A DNA stretch of 64,000 bases from Saccostrea echinata (taxonomy: Eukaryota), in assembly GCF_033153115.1 (NCBI RefSeq), contig NW_026889755.1, positions 3,224,001 to 3,288,000 on the forward strand. Reading direction: 5' to 3'. The notes below the pieces were generated by a model. That model worked only from the letters and a program-made list of their open reading frames with translations, was not told the DNA's origin and ran no database searches. Below, one piece after another: positions 1 to 11,550 of the stretch (the first letter of the stretch is position 1; every line of letters begins with the position of its first letter). Both the position numbers and the translations under genes were made by a program.

Positions 1-818
1 ATCTAGTGTTTAGAAGTTTTCCTTTTTTGTGCCTCTCAGAGTTAATCAGGAACTTTTTCTTTTTTTGTTTGTTCGTTTATTATACGGTTGTACATTTTAG
101 TTACAATCTGTTGCTCTGCCCACCCCCTTCCCTCCAACTTTGAAAAACACTGAGTGCTTCGTTCCTACCTATGTATAAATAATTGTCCAATTGTAATTTG
201 CCGTGCTATTATGATATTTCTTCTTAGCAATTAAGAAATTAAATTGACTTGAATTAAATTGGAGTTACTTGTAGTGATCACAATTCCAAAAGTATTTAAG
301 TTACACTTCGAAAAAGTTGGGATTGCTTTGATGGTTCTTTAAATGCGTTAAAACCTAAAGCTATACTAAAGCTGTACTAGTTATTATTCAGTCGAGGATC
401 ACGAATGAATGAGAATAGCACTAACCAGCACGGGATTTAGCGGGACACAGTAACTTGAAGAGGTCACCACCAAGGGCTATTCATGCTCGCTGTACCTTAT
501 ATGAAATGGAGGAGGTTCTATACCGCGTCAAAAGCTATCTTACTATAATCGAGGCAGTATTTCCCTGTCTAGACTCTGTCCGCTAAATTGCTCGCCCAAG
601 CTAATTTAATACCCGACGGGTTTATTTCTTAGTTTGTTAATTATATAAAATTTATTTATCTAATTTGTTTTGCAAGACTTAGTATTAATATTGAAATGAG
701 AATTTTTACAAACTTATCTTTTAAACCCTTTCAAAATGTATGTTTTCATATTTTCTTCATTATTTATTTATTTATTTATTTATTTACTTAGAGAGAGAGA
801 GAGAGATTTGTCCCTTTA

Positions 819-1725
819 CGCGGCTATGTTAAGGCTGTCCGAAGGCTCAATATACATTAAAATATACATTTTATTTTGAGCTAGATTTTAATTTCAATTT
901 GTAATGTACGAATGAATTTGCAGTCAACTTGTGATGAGAGTTAATCAGGTATTATAATAACGCATTTTTGTGATGTCACATGACTTTGTTGATCACGTGA
1001 CGGACACTTATAAATTGCTAAATGTTACACAAAAATCGCATCGGCACAAGTGCAAAACAACATTATTGAGAAAAATTTATCACATAAGTAAATTCATCGT
1101 AATCTCTGGTACATATAAAATGCTGGGGGCAAGTCTGAATTTTAATTTTTGAGAAAATATTCCACGAGTAATTCAACTTACCCATATACAAAAGGTTATT
1201 TTCCACTCTTTATCGCACTTCATACAAAAAAGGATAAATTACATACAATCCCCCAGCAAAATTCAGTTAGAGGACGTACTTCTCTTGTAGATTCACACCG
1301 AAGACCCTCAATTTATCCTTATTAATAACTTGTGCCAGTCCAATATATACACGATTTATAAATTCTAACTCTGTCCTCGGACGTGTAAGGGGGAGCTTTT
1401 CATAGTCATTTTTAGTTATTTTTTCAATATATGTATATCGGACAATTGAAAGGAATGACGATATTAAATTGCAAATGTTCAACATCATAACAGCACACTT
1501 AAGCTTAAAGAAGAATCCAGATGCTTGAAACAAACAAAAACGCTAAAAATCTTTACATGTCATGTGAAAGGAATGTAAAAGTTACGACACTTTCCCCGTC
1601 ATGTCAGCTCAAGTATGCAGTGACTTGACGTCATATGCTATTATGACGTCATATCTAGGTAGTTCAAAGAAGTTACTACAGTTGGAACAGTTTGATATTT
1701 TACGGACAGCTTTATCCTAGCCGCG
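819..1725. mobile_element. Non-autonomous TIR element (MITE), CGCRGC-N3-GTTAAGG family, TA TSD
   Basis: The left end CGCGGCTATGTTAAGGCTGTCCG is an imperfect inverted match to the right end CGGACAGCTTTATCCTAGCCGCG. TA flanks both sides (817-818, 1726-1727). An internally deleted copy lies at 9519-9983. Confidence 0.85.
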
Positions 1726-1904
1726 TAATAAATTTATCAATTAAAATAAGAAAGCGTTTTTAGAAGTAGACAATTATTCTATGACTACTTCTATCTAATT
1801 CAATTTTTACAAGTTATTAAAAAAAATTGTAAGTCCCAATAATTATTTTTTTATTTTATTATATAACTATAATTATTATAAGCATAGTCTGTGATGTTAC
1901 AATA

Positions 1905-2075
1905 TTTAAGATTTGTCTAAAGAATCTCGTAAGTCTATCCTAGTAAGGACATTCCTAAGAGAGCTTCTATGTCGATCTTAAGAACTCTCTTAGGACCATC
2001 CTAAGTTTTGTCCTAAGATATCTCTTAAGTCATATCTTAGGACTATTCTTATGACAGTTTCGATATCATGCCCGC
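1905..2075. repeat. Degenerate ~12-bp-period repeat (CYTAAG/CTTAGG cores), probable MITE remnant
   Basis: cctaag/cttaag/cttagg recur at roughly 12-nt spacing. Confidence 0.5.
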
Positions 2076-2540
2076 TGAAACACATGTCAAACCTGTACAG
2101 TTGAAATAAATATTTCAATGTAGAATCTAATACTCATTTAGACCATATCGATGTGTCGTCTTACGCAGTCTAAATAGTGTGTATTGCCTGAAACAGCTGA
2201 TAAATATCCTTTTTATAGCCAAGTCGGACTGTTCCACGGACCTCCCCACAACATTTACACTCCGTGATTTTACAGATGAAGCAATGAAATAGACAACTGA
2301 TTTTGTTATTTTACATTCATAAAAATTAATCAATATATGTTACAAACAAATTTATAAATAAATAAAGGATATTTTTAATCCAACGAAAGCTGAAACCGTC
2401 TGCATTTTATGCAATCGATACACAAGTAAACAAACAAATTGACTCTGGTGTTAAATGGAACAGCAAAATTTCGACATGGTGACCTAATTCGTTTCTCTAT
2501 AGAGAAAACGATCAGCCGTATTTTAGAGCTGTTAGTAGAA

Positions 2541-2717
2541 TAGAAATCAAGTCCTTGTTGTCGTGAATGATGCAGGATAACCTCCTCGGTCTCGAAATGT
2601 TGTCTGAAATATAAAAGCCTCGGCTAACGCCTCGGCTTTTATATTTCAGACAACATTTCTCGACCTCGGAGGTTATCCTGCAACATTCACGATAACGCGG
2701 ACTTTATTTCTTAAATA
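2541..2717. repeat. Long imperfect hairpin element (~85-bp arms, GGC-TAAC-GCC loop)
   Basis: Arm ...GAAATGTTGTCTGAAATATAAAAGCC pairs with GGCTTTTATATTTCAGACAACATTTC...; the loop TAAC is at 2625-2628 and the element ends ATTTCTTAAATA. Confidence 0.85.
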
Positions 2718-3132
2718 ACTGAACCCCCAGAAGTGAAAAATAACAAATATTCTCAAACAAGCATTGAGTTAATCGATTGTAAACAACCCGAGACATCGAC
2801 ATAAAAAATTTCTTTTTTACATTTAATCTTTGTAATTAATTTAAACGTATGTCATTAAGCACTCTTAAGGATGCGGTTACCTATAATAATCCACTGATGG
2901 AATAAAAGAAACACATACAGTGATTTCAATAAGAGCCGGCAACCGGCAAAATTAACCGCCTGTACAAAAAATTTTACCGGCTATGAAATTTCCGTCATTG
3001 GGATTTTGCCAGGGTTGGTACGCAAAATCCGCAGATTTTATCGCAGCTAGCTACATGATCAAGAGTAACTTTCCTTGAGTGCGCTCTTTTTGATGGAAGT
3101 TTGATTTGATCCAATACGTACTAAAACTACTG

Positions 3133-3435
3133 GTCGCCCGCGTGGCGCAATGGTTAGAGCGTCTGCTCTAAGGTCGCGGAGTAAGGCGTTGATCCTTACG
3201 TCGCGGGTTCGAATCCCACTGCGGGACGTGGAGACCGGTCCTTCGGATGAGACCGTATAAACCGGGGTCCCGTGTTGCAGTAGGTGCTGGCACGAAAAGA
3301 TCCTTCACTGCTCAATGGCCCTTTGTGCCGAGTATAGGTCAAAATTTGCAGCCCTCCACCGGCAAGTGGTGGCGTCTCCATATGAATGAAAAATTATCGA
3401 GAGGGGCGTTAAACAACAAACAATCAATCAATCAA
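3133..3435 (+). mobile_element. Full-length tRNA-derived SINE (Meta/MESC-like core)
   Basis: A box TGGCGCAATGG, B box GGTTCGAATCC, core GGATGAGACCGTATAAACCGGGGTCCCGTG and a (CAAT)n tail. Degenerate 14-bp TSD tactaaaactactg / tactacaacaactg. Related copies at 10577, 22795, 29039 and 42309. Confidence 0.9.
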
Positions 3436-3741
3436 TACTACAACAACTGAACAAGGCTACAGCTACAACTTGCGAGAGTAAAGTTTAAAGAATAAATTTT
3501 TAATGAATAATTCCAACCTCATATAAAATCCACAACTCACGATCGGGATTTAACTTTTATTAGCTTTACAGGATATGATCAAGATTGTTGAGAATTTTGG
3601 GCTTCATTGACACAAGCGTCAAGTATCTACGGCCTAAAATGACGAACAGGAAAATAAATATTTTTTTAAAACTTTACCTTCATTCCACAAGCTAGGTTAA
3701 GATTATTACAACAGCAAATATTTAATTTTAGGCCGATATAG

Positions 3742-3880
3742 GACGTAGGAATTCTTACAGAGTTTCCTCAAACTGAAAACGTAAAATTCTAAGACCTAAA
3801 GAATAAAAGTCTTAATTTTTTAATCGTGATTGAGACGTAGGAATTCTTACAGAATTTCCTCAAACAGAAAATGTAAAATT
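3742..3880. repeat. 47-bp direct repeat, two copies 92 bp apart
   Basis: GACGTAGGAATTCTTACAGA(G/A)TTTCCTCAAAC(T/A)GAAAA(C/T)GTAAAATT at 3742 and 3834. Confidence 0.85.
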
Positions 3881-4185
3881 TGTGTTCTTGTTTGAAATGT
3901 AACAGGAACCTGTATTATTTTTCACATTTAAGAAGGTTTTTATGTACAAGTAATTCGTATCAATTTTCTTCATTGTTTTGTTTTGACAATTTGTACAAAA
4001 TAGTAAATAAATTTAAAGGTTTATGATATTTTAGTGTAAGATTATAGAATATTTCAATGCTGGGGGGTACTGTACGTCACTAAGTGTTAAAAAGTTCATA
4101 AATTTTTAAATGAATTATTTTCTTAATTTTGACTAATTGTCTTGACCAGTTTATGTGAAAGGGACTAATTATGTATCATTTACAA

Positions 4186-4229
4186 TATGAAATTCTAGCA
4201 CAGACAATTGTCTGTGCTAGAATTTCATA
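4186..4229. repeat. Perfect 44-bp palindrome with no spacer
   Basis: TATGAAATTCTAGCACAGACAA|TTGTCTGTGCTAGAATTTCATA. Confidence 0.95.
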
Positions 4230-5421
4230 CTTGGGTTGTCTTAATGTTTTTATGGACATCTAGTTTTCAGGAAGAAAAAAAAATCAGTCCGTCAAAAGTC
4301 CATATAACAAATCAGTGAAAGGGTACATATTGTTTTCTAAATAACTTTATTGGGTAAAATTGGTAATTGATAGTGACAGAAATATTTTAAAAAAATGGTA
4401 CTTTTTATTGGTCTGAGAGGTACGAAAAATGAGTCAAAAATGCCAATTTTCGTTTTCGGTCCAGGGGGACTTCGCCCCCCCCCCGGGCCCCTACCAGGGC
4501 TCTGCTCTGGACCCGCTGGGGGCCTGAGGCGGCCCCCAGACCCCTCACCGAGATTGGTTTCCCGCTATTCCAAATATATTTCCTTCTATTGAAAATCTTA
4601 TTGAAAACACTGACATATTGGGCATTGCAGACCTATAATTGTGATGCTAATTTTTACTTTTACGCTAGTGGCCTCTGAGTATTTATTTAACGAAGTTTTC
4701 TTTCTAAGCAAAATGTACGAGTAATTAAACTCTTAAGATAATGAAATATAATGAAAATAAAGATAGTGATGCCAAATTCTAAATAAACGTATTTTGATCA
4801 ATTAACTTGTTCAATATTTCAGATCGTGAATCTTCTGTGAATTTTCATAGTCGTACCAGTTGTTAATTTATTACAATATATATAATTTAAAACCCTTAAG
4901 ATTGCTATAAAATGCCCTCCTCTTTGGGGAATGTGTACACAACTCTTCTGTCATTCCTTTATGTGGACGTTTTCTGCATTCAAACGCTGTATAGGACATC
5001 ATACTAAGTAAACTTTCAATAATCTAATTATCCCCAATCTGTTTGTTAATGGGTATGATAGTAGATGTAATATTTGATTCCTTTTTTAATCTTTTTTTAT
5101 CGCTTGGCCAGACATATATGACTTCAGAGCAACGTCGTATAAAAAAGCTTACTTTAATATACATATTGAAATATTGAATTTTTTTAATCTTTGAAGCAAA
5201 GAAGATATTCATTTTTTTCTTATAAAAAGAGATATAAATTGGTGTTTTAAATAACATGTAATTTTTACTATAAAGTAATTGGAATAAAATAAATTTAAGA
5301 TTTTTTTTTTATTCTTCAGTTTGATCATTTATTTTTACTGTTGATTATAACTTTTGTGTTTTACATGTAAAAGTGATGCTGAGGATTAAATGTACATGCA
5401 TTGTATATTGACTTATATTTA

Positions 5422-5763
5422 CATTTCCAGATATTTTTCCTTAATATTCTTTGCAAATTATAAGACATGAATATCTCCATTGTTACGTCATAATACCGCA
5501 CTCGACGTCAAAAGTATAGTGCAAACTGTATTGCCTTAAAAAATGACAGTTGAATGGTGTAATTTTTGGCAACTCATCAGAAAAATAATGTAAATATAAG
5601 AAATGAATTTAATTTTTGAAAACCCATGAGGTACATGAACTATAACGCTTCACGCCAGCATTTTCATCATGAAGCGCTAACGCGCTTCATGAAATATGCC
5701 GGCGTGAAGCGTCGTAGTTCATGTCCTCATAAATCTTCAAAAATTAAATTCATTTCTTAAATA
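5422..5763. mobile_element. Insertion specific to paralogue A ending in a long hairpin (5597-5759, GCGC-TAAC-GCGC loop)
   Basis: Absent from the equivalent paralogue B intron (~42630-42645). Arms TAAGAAATGAATTTAATTTTTGAA.../...TTCAAAAATTAAATTCATTTCTTA; ends ATTTCTTAAATA like 2541-2717. Confidence 0.75.
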
Positions 5764-5790
5764 TAAATTGAAATCTACAATTTGTTTCAG

Positions 5791-5928
5791 CATGTGAGAG
5801 AGGCTTGTTTGGCTCAAATTGTTCAGAGAAATGCTCAATAAATTGCCGTACCGCTTATGAATGTTTTCACACAAATGGGTCCTGTGTGTGTTTACCTGGC
5901 TGGACAGGGTCACCGCACTGCAACAAAG
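5791..5928 (+). CDS. Gene A exon: EGF-like repeat (MEGF10/SCARF type)
   Basis: ttcag| ... |gtaatc, 138 nt, phase 1-1; CERGLFGSNCSEKCSINCRTAYECFHTNGSCVCLPGWTGSPHCNK; paralogous to 42667-42804. Confidence 0.93.
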
Positions 5929-6549
5929 GTAATCCTATAGGAAAGTTTATTATTACTGTATAAGTACTCTTAGTTGCCTGCAAGATTTTTTTATCTACAT
6001 TTGTGCCTTTTTTCCTTTAAACACTTATCTATTTACTGGTCCTCGTAAATTAATATCAAGTACAACAAAAATGAAAATTGATTAAATAAAATGATATTCT
6101 CGAAAGAAAACATTTTCTGCATAGGAAGTCTAGCATTTTATTTTATCAGAATTTAATTAAGTGTTAAAATTTGTACGAAAAACATTGAATTACATATACC
6201 TATACATGCATTCGGGATTTTTTTTATAGCGTACTACGAAACATAACCTTAACTGCTTTATATCAGGATATTTGATGTACATGTACATTTTGATATGAAT
6301 GCTAAATTATAAGACCGACATTGAATAATTGATGTATTTGTTATCGATTTTGATTTGCTGCGATGTTTTGTTCTCCTTTTGAATATTGAATATCTTATTT
6401 TTGTTTATGTTTTATAATTTATATATAAAAGCTACAATATTTGTTGACATCCTAACATTATTTCATACTTTATGCTTTAGTTACTTTGGAACTTTACTAT
6501 GAAACTTTGTCCACTATGAAACTTTAAAACATGATCGTTTCAACTTTAG

Positions 6550-6678
6550 AATGTGATCCGGGATTTTACGGAGAGAATTGTCAGAAACACTGTAAAGATT
6601 ACTGTGTCAATGCTACATGTAATAGAACTGACGGTGGTTGTTTAGCTGGATATATTCAAGAAAATAAGCCTGAGAAAG
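6550..6678 (+). CDS. Gene A exon: membrane-proximal partial EGF repeat
   Basis: tttag| ... |gtgagt, 129 nt, phase 1-1; ECDPGFYGENCQKHCKDYCVNATCNRTDGGCLAGYIQENKPEK. Confidence 0.93.
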
Positions 6679-7357
6679 GTGAGTTGGTCTTGATTATTAT
6701 TTCATAAACATCCTTTCAACCTAAAATTATTAGTAGTTGACAATTTTCTCCTAAAAAACGGCTTTGTGATAATTGTTTTATCAATTGTTTAATGTCTATT
6801 TACCATCCATCTCCATTGTTCGTTCATTCAGGAAAAGAGAATTGATATGATATACATGTATAGGCATAAGATTCTTGTTGCTTATTTAAGTGTCGATGTC
6901 AGGTATATATGTAAAAAGGTTCACTTCAGATTAACAAAAAGATAAGAACTAAAGGCCTGAGGTGGGTTTTAATCTTTACCCAAAAAATATCGATTTCCGC
7001 TCAAGTCGATGGCATTAGATTACATGTATGTAATAATGGTTTTCTCATATATTATTTTAGTTTTAGTCATTGCTCTTAGCATGTAGAGATAGGAGGAATT
7101 TTTTCCATGGACAACAGATGCAATTGTAACTCATTACCTCCAAATATTATTTGATATTTTTGTGTACTTTTCATTACAATGGTTATGTCTAATTTAAATT
7201 GCCTACTTGATAATATGTAGTTATTTTATAACAAACACTCTTAGAAATAATAAAGAAAAATGTTAGATTAACAAAGATGAGACATGAAGGAGTAGTGACA
7301 TCATTATTGAGTTAAGTCGTATATTCATCATATGACATGTAATTGTCAATATCTTAA

Positions 7358-8116
7358 CGAGGCCGAGTCTAATTCGTGTGCGCATGACTTTGCGCAGCTT
7401 TTTAATTACATGTAGTCATATGTTCAACATTACACCTTTCCCAAATATTGTGATTTTAATACAAAATTAACATAATCTGTAACGCCTATGGGTCTGAAAA
7501 TGTGCTTTTTACGACAACAATTAGGGAAAAAACGCTGAAATGGCTCTAACGATGTAACTATTTTCCGAATTTGTAAGCAACGCATGACGCTGAAGAATGA
7601 CACATGACTCGCTTGTATATTCAAGACTTCCATGCATATTATACATACTAGCAATCTAAAAATTGTTTTTTTTTTTTAACCAAAATAATTCATCTGCGCC
7701 AAGAATACATTTGCACCGGTATATATTATACTGCAATATGGCAATTTTAGAGGTATCGGGCATTGAAAAAAAAAGAACTTTTGTTATAATTCCTACACCA
7801 AACTAGATGGTCAAATTTTTTTGAAAGTTCACAATTTGGTGACTTTTCACAATAACTTTCATGTACCTGGCTGAAAAAGAAATCTCTAGGGCAGAAATAC
7901 AAAAAATATGGAAAAAAAATGTGATAATTTCGCGCTTTTCCAACAAATTCCCATAGGGTCTAATAGTAAAATTTGACAACTTTTGAGATGCAACCCTAAG
8001 AAATCTGGACGGTAAACATTTGATTTTTTAATCTTAAAACATAAATATAATGGTAAAAATTAATTCAAGAAAATTGATCAAAATCTCTAGGGTAGAAATA
8101 ATTAGACTCGGCCTCG
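7358..8116. mobile_element. MITE with perfect 17-bp TIRs and TTAA TSD
   Basis: TTAA-CGAGGCCGAGTCTAATT ... AATTAGACTCGGCCTCG-TTAA; absent at the homologous site in paralogue B (~45510-45520). Confidence 0.9.
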
Positions 8117-9518
8117 TTAAGCACAGTTAACACAAGTGATATTTCTAGCTCAATTGTCCAGGCACGCGCTTGTTGAACTGACAGAATAAACGCATTGTCT
8201 AACATTAGATTCTATGGTATTTATATCTATTTGCTAATTATTGTGAGGAAAACCTGTTTCGAGTAAAAGATAATGCATAATTTTTATCCGAGAACAAAGT
8301 TTGCAATTACAGTTTCGATTGACTGCAGATTTATTACACAAAAAAACAATTTTTTGCATGCTCTTTAGTGCCTTTCATATGAAGAACGAACACGTTTTTA
8401 GGGAAGATAATACAAGAAACATTCACTAGGCTTTTAAAAGAAAATTAGATATTTTCTTTAAAGGGAAAATTTTGAAACAGAATCTGAAGAAGGTTTTTAT
8501 CCTCATGTCAAATAGGATTGCAATTTATAGTTGCTTTTTAAAAAAAAAAAATATTATCATTGAGGGAAGGCTGAGGATTGTCTATTTAAAAATAGCTTGA
8601 ATTTACCTTTTCATTAGATTATTATTTCTTTGTGCTTCCATCTAGACGTTTGCATGCGTGCTGGCTATAATATTGAAATCTTTAAATGACTTCTGACCTT
8701 AGTGAAACAAGTACTTAAATTAATATGCAAGTCGGTTATAAGGAAGCAAATTTCGATGTCTCAGTGACTTCATTTTAACCGAATTTTACTGTAAAAGTAA
8801 CAATGTATAGACTCCGATTATTTCTTTCTTTTCAGTCAACTTTTCTCCTTTTGCATTAAAAAAAAATGAAAAGAATTGGCAAGTGTCGCTGATACGAGCT
8901 ACTGAGTTTATAATTTAAAAGTATTGACACTGGAAAAAAAATAGTTTCGATTTTAGGAAGACTGATTTTCCGGCAATGTTACCTTGTAACATTTATATAA
9001 TTTCATCATCAGTTTCAGCTTGGGTTTTATCAGATAACATCTTCTTTTCTAAAGTTTGGATGTCTCCCTAGAATAGAAAATCAATCCATCAAACACTTTG
9101 GCTTTTGTTTAATATCCCTTACCACCTGTACTTTTGTGATGATTTTCCCTTATTTTCATAGACCCTTATTATGAGACTCCTTCTAAAGAGTGATTTAGCA
9201 ATTTTGTCCATTTGTTTTATGTTTACACCCATCCCAAATACAAATCATTCTCTACAAACTTGATGGATTATCAATGACGTAATATTGTTGTCTTATAAAT
9301 TTCGTTGTTTGTTGTTGTTGAAAGGAAATATCTGCACGTTTTGTAATTATGCAAGGACACGAAAAAGTCCTGTTCTGTATCAGTGCATTATTGTGTTATG
9401 AATGTTTTTAATTCTAGGATATAACTCGACCGCATTTTTTTTTATTGAAGTTAATATCACTGATTCCTTCTCATTATGTAAGACTGAGAAAATTGCCAGA
9501 ACATATGTAACAGTCATT

Positions 9519-9983
9519 CGCAGCTATGTTAGGGCTGTCCGAAGGCTTAATATGCATTAGACATATACTATTTTATTTCGAGCTATGTTTTGATTTCAAT
9601 TTGAAATCTATGTTCACTTACACAGTTACGTTGTAAAGAGAGTTAAATAAGGTATTATAAAAAGGCATTTTCGTGATGTCACATGACTGTGTTGATCACG
9701 TGACGGACACTTATAAATTTTCTTTAATGTTACACAAAAATAGCATCGGCACAAGTGAAAAACAAACTTATTGTGAACGGCTTGTTACATAAATCAATTA
9801 AACGTATTCTTGGCTATATATAAAGTGCTGGGGGCAAGTTTGTAAAAATTTCCCCGTCACGTCTGCTCAAATTTGCAGTGATTTGACGTCATATGCCATT
9901 ATGAGGTCATATCTAGGTAGTTCAGAGACGTTGCTACGGCTGGTACACTGTGACATTCTTCGGACAGCCTTATCCTAGCCGCA
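9519..9983. mobile_element. Internally deleted copy of the 819-1725 MITE, TT TSD
   Basis: Homologous to both ends of 819-1725. The empty site in paralogue B reads cagtcaTTgaaaa (49687-49699); the filled site reads cagtcaTT[...]TTgaaaa. Confidence 0.88.
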
Positions 9984-10256
9984 TTGAAAAAAAATATATA
10001 TGACATTTGCAAACGGCAATGGAAGAAATTTGACTTATTGTAAGCTGCCATTATAGATGGAAATATTTTATCATTTTTTATCTACGTTTATTTTTCCTGA
10101 GCAATCGCTCCGATTTTATTAATTATGAGTGATCCTATGATACAGTGTAATGTTGTACGTGTAAAGTTTTAAAAGCCAGCATCATTTACATTTTTTGAAA
10201 AAAGAAAGTTACAAGATTCAGATATGTTAAGGATATTTGATATTTTCCATTTAAAG

Positions 10257-10368
10257 GGGAAGACAGAAAACCATTAGTGTCATATAAGAAAGAATATTAC
10301 ACAGTGAGTGGTATTTTTGGAGCAATGGGTGTTGTTTCGCTTGTCATCATTGCTGTATTAATTATACG
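10257..10368 (+). CDS. Gene A exon: transmembrane helix
   Basis: taaag| ... |gtactt, 112 nt, phase 1-2; GEDRKPLVSYKKEYYTVSGIFGAMGVVSLVIIAVLIIR. Confidence 0.92.
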
Positions 10369-10576
10369 GTACTTATTTTAATTTTTATTCTTACATTTTA
10401 GCTTTTAATTTATTTAGTAAATTTAATCTAAAAGATGCTTACTGAAAAGTAAAATAATATTACTTCATTAATAAGATTTTAAATCTCCAATCTCCCTCTC
10501 CATCTTTATCATTGCAATTTGTAAATATTTTTTTTTAATCATGAATCAATTTAATTTGTTTTTTTGCATAATTCTT

Positions 10577-10919
10577 TACCGATCACGGTAGCCTAGTGGT
10601 AGGGCGCTCGATTCGTGATCGGGAGGCCCGGGTTCGACTCTCGTTCGCAACGCCGCGTCAAACCTAATACATAAACATAGGTAGTGACTGTTCCTTCGCC
10701 AAGCGCCCGGCACTGGAAATGAAGGTCTCTTGGATGAGACCTTAACAACCGAGGTCCCTTGTCAAGGTAGGCGTTGGCACGATAAAGAACCTTCACTGCT
10801 CAATGGCCTTGAGTGCCGAGTATATAGGTCTAAATTTGAAGCCCTTCACCTGTATACGATGGCATCTCTATCTGGGTAAAATATTCTCAAATGGGACGTT
10901 AACAACATAATATCAATCA
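10577..10919 (+). mobile_element. tRNA-derived SINE
   Basis: A box TAGCCTAGTGG, B box GGTTCGACTC, core GGATGAGACCTTAACAACCGAGGTCCC and a 3' tail. Only the tail survives at the same position in paralogue B (~50076-50113). Confidence 0.85.
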
Positions 10920-11068
10920 TAAATGAATATGTTAATAAAGTATAAATAAACATATATATAATTATTAATTAATAAATGGCAATTATGAAATCATGCAAAC
11001 AAAGGCGTTTCTTCTCATTATCACTAGTAGTTACGTATTCATTTATTTATTGTTCTTTTTTTTTCAAG

Positions 11069-11285
11069 TGGAAAGAAAACGTTCAGCATCTGCAGAATGC
11101 CAAAAGATCGGAATATTTCGGCAGAAACGGATAAAGCAGAAGGAGGACATTCAAATGCAAATAAAATTGTACAAAATGACAAAACCTTATATCAGGAATT
11201 GAGTGTGTTTGAAAACAAGAGTGCATATCAGGAACTACATTATGAGAAAAACCCTTATGAGAATCTTGAATTAACTGTTAATTGA
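11069..11285 (+). CDS. Gene A terminal exon: cytoplasmic tail with three YxxL motifs
   Basis: ttcaag| phase 2; GKKTFSICRMPKDRNISAETDKAEGGHSNANKIVQNDKTLYQELSVFENKSAYQELHYEKNPYENLELTVN*; matches ORF 11097-11285. Confidence 0.92.
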
Positions 11286-11383
11286 GATTAATATGAAGCT
11301 TTTTGAAAATTCGTCAGCGCTATAGGAATATGTAATGAAAAAAACCCTCTTAACTATGTAAATTGTATTCAAAGAAATATGTG

Positions 11384-11389
11384 AATAAA
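11384..11389 (+). promoter_or_regulatory. Candidate polyadenylation signal, gene A
   Basis: AATAAA about 100 nt after the stop, conserved in gene B at 50611-50616. Confidence 0.4.
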
Positions 11390-11550
11390 CCATTAGATAA
11401 CATGCAAAAACAGTTCAATCCTGAATTGCACAGAAGTAGTTATGTAAAATATGTACATGTAATACCAATTTGGTGCTTAGGAAAATGTGCAAACCAAAAT
11501 ACATAGTGTTTTTCTTTTAGAGCGTTTAGCATGTAAAATGACATTTCCCG

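Larger units (their letters stand above)
2918..4612. mobile_element. Non-autonomous DNA transposon with 17-bp TIRs and 5-bp TSD (hAT5-like)
   Basis: CAGTGATTTCAATAAGA ... TCTTATTGAAAACACTG (1 mismatch); ACATA is duplicated at 2913-2917 and 4613-4617. Carries a nested SINE. The superfamily call is inferred from the CAG terminus and 5-bp TSD. Confidence 0.75.
4720..11540 (+). repeat. Segmental/tandem gene duplication, copy A (homologous to ~41725-50762)
   Basis: Exons, introns and 3' UTR are colinear and alignable by eye between the two regions, interrupted by copy-specific insertions. Confidence 0.9.

Noticed and set aside
3133-3226. tRNA genes at the SINE heads (also 10577, 29039, ~38997)
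   Set aside because: A and B boxes are present but there is no proper cloverleaf or acceptor stem, and the first three continue into SINE core and tail. The ~38997 head is decayed.
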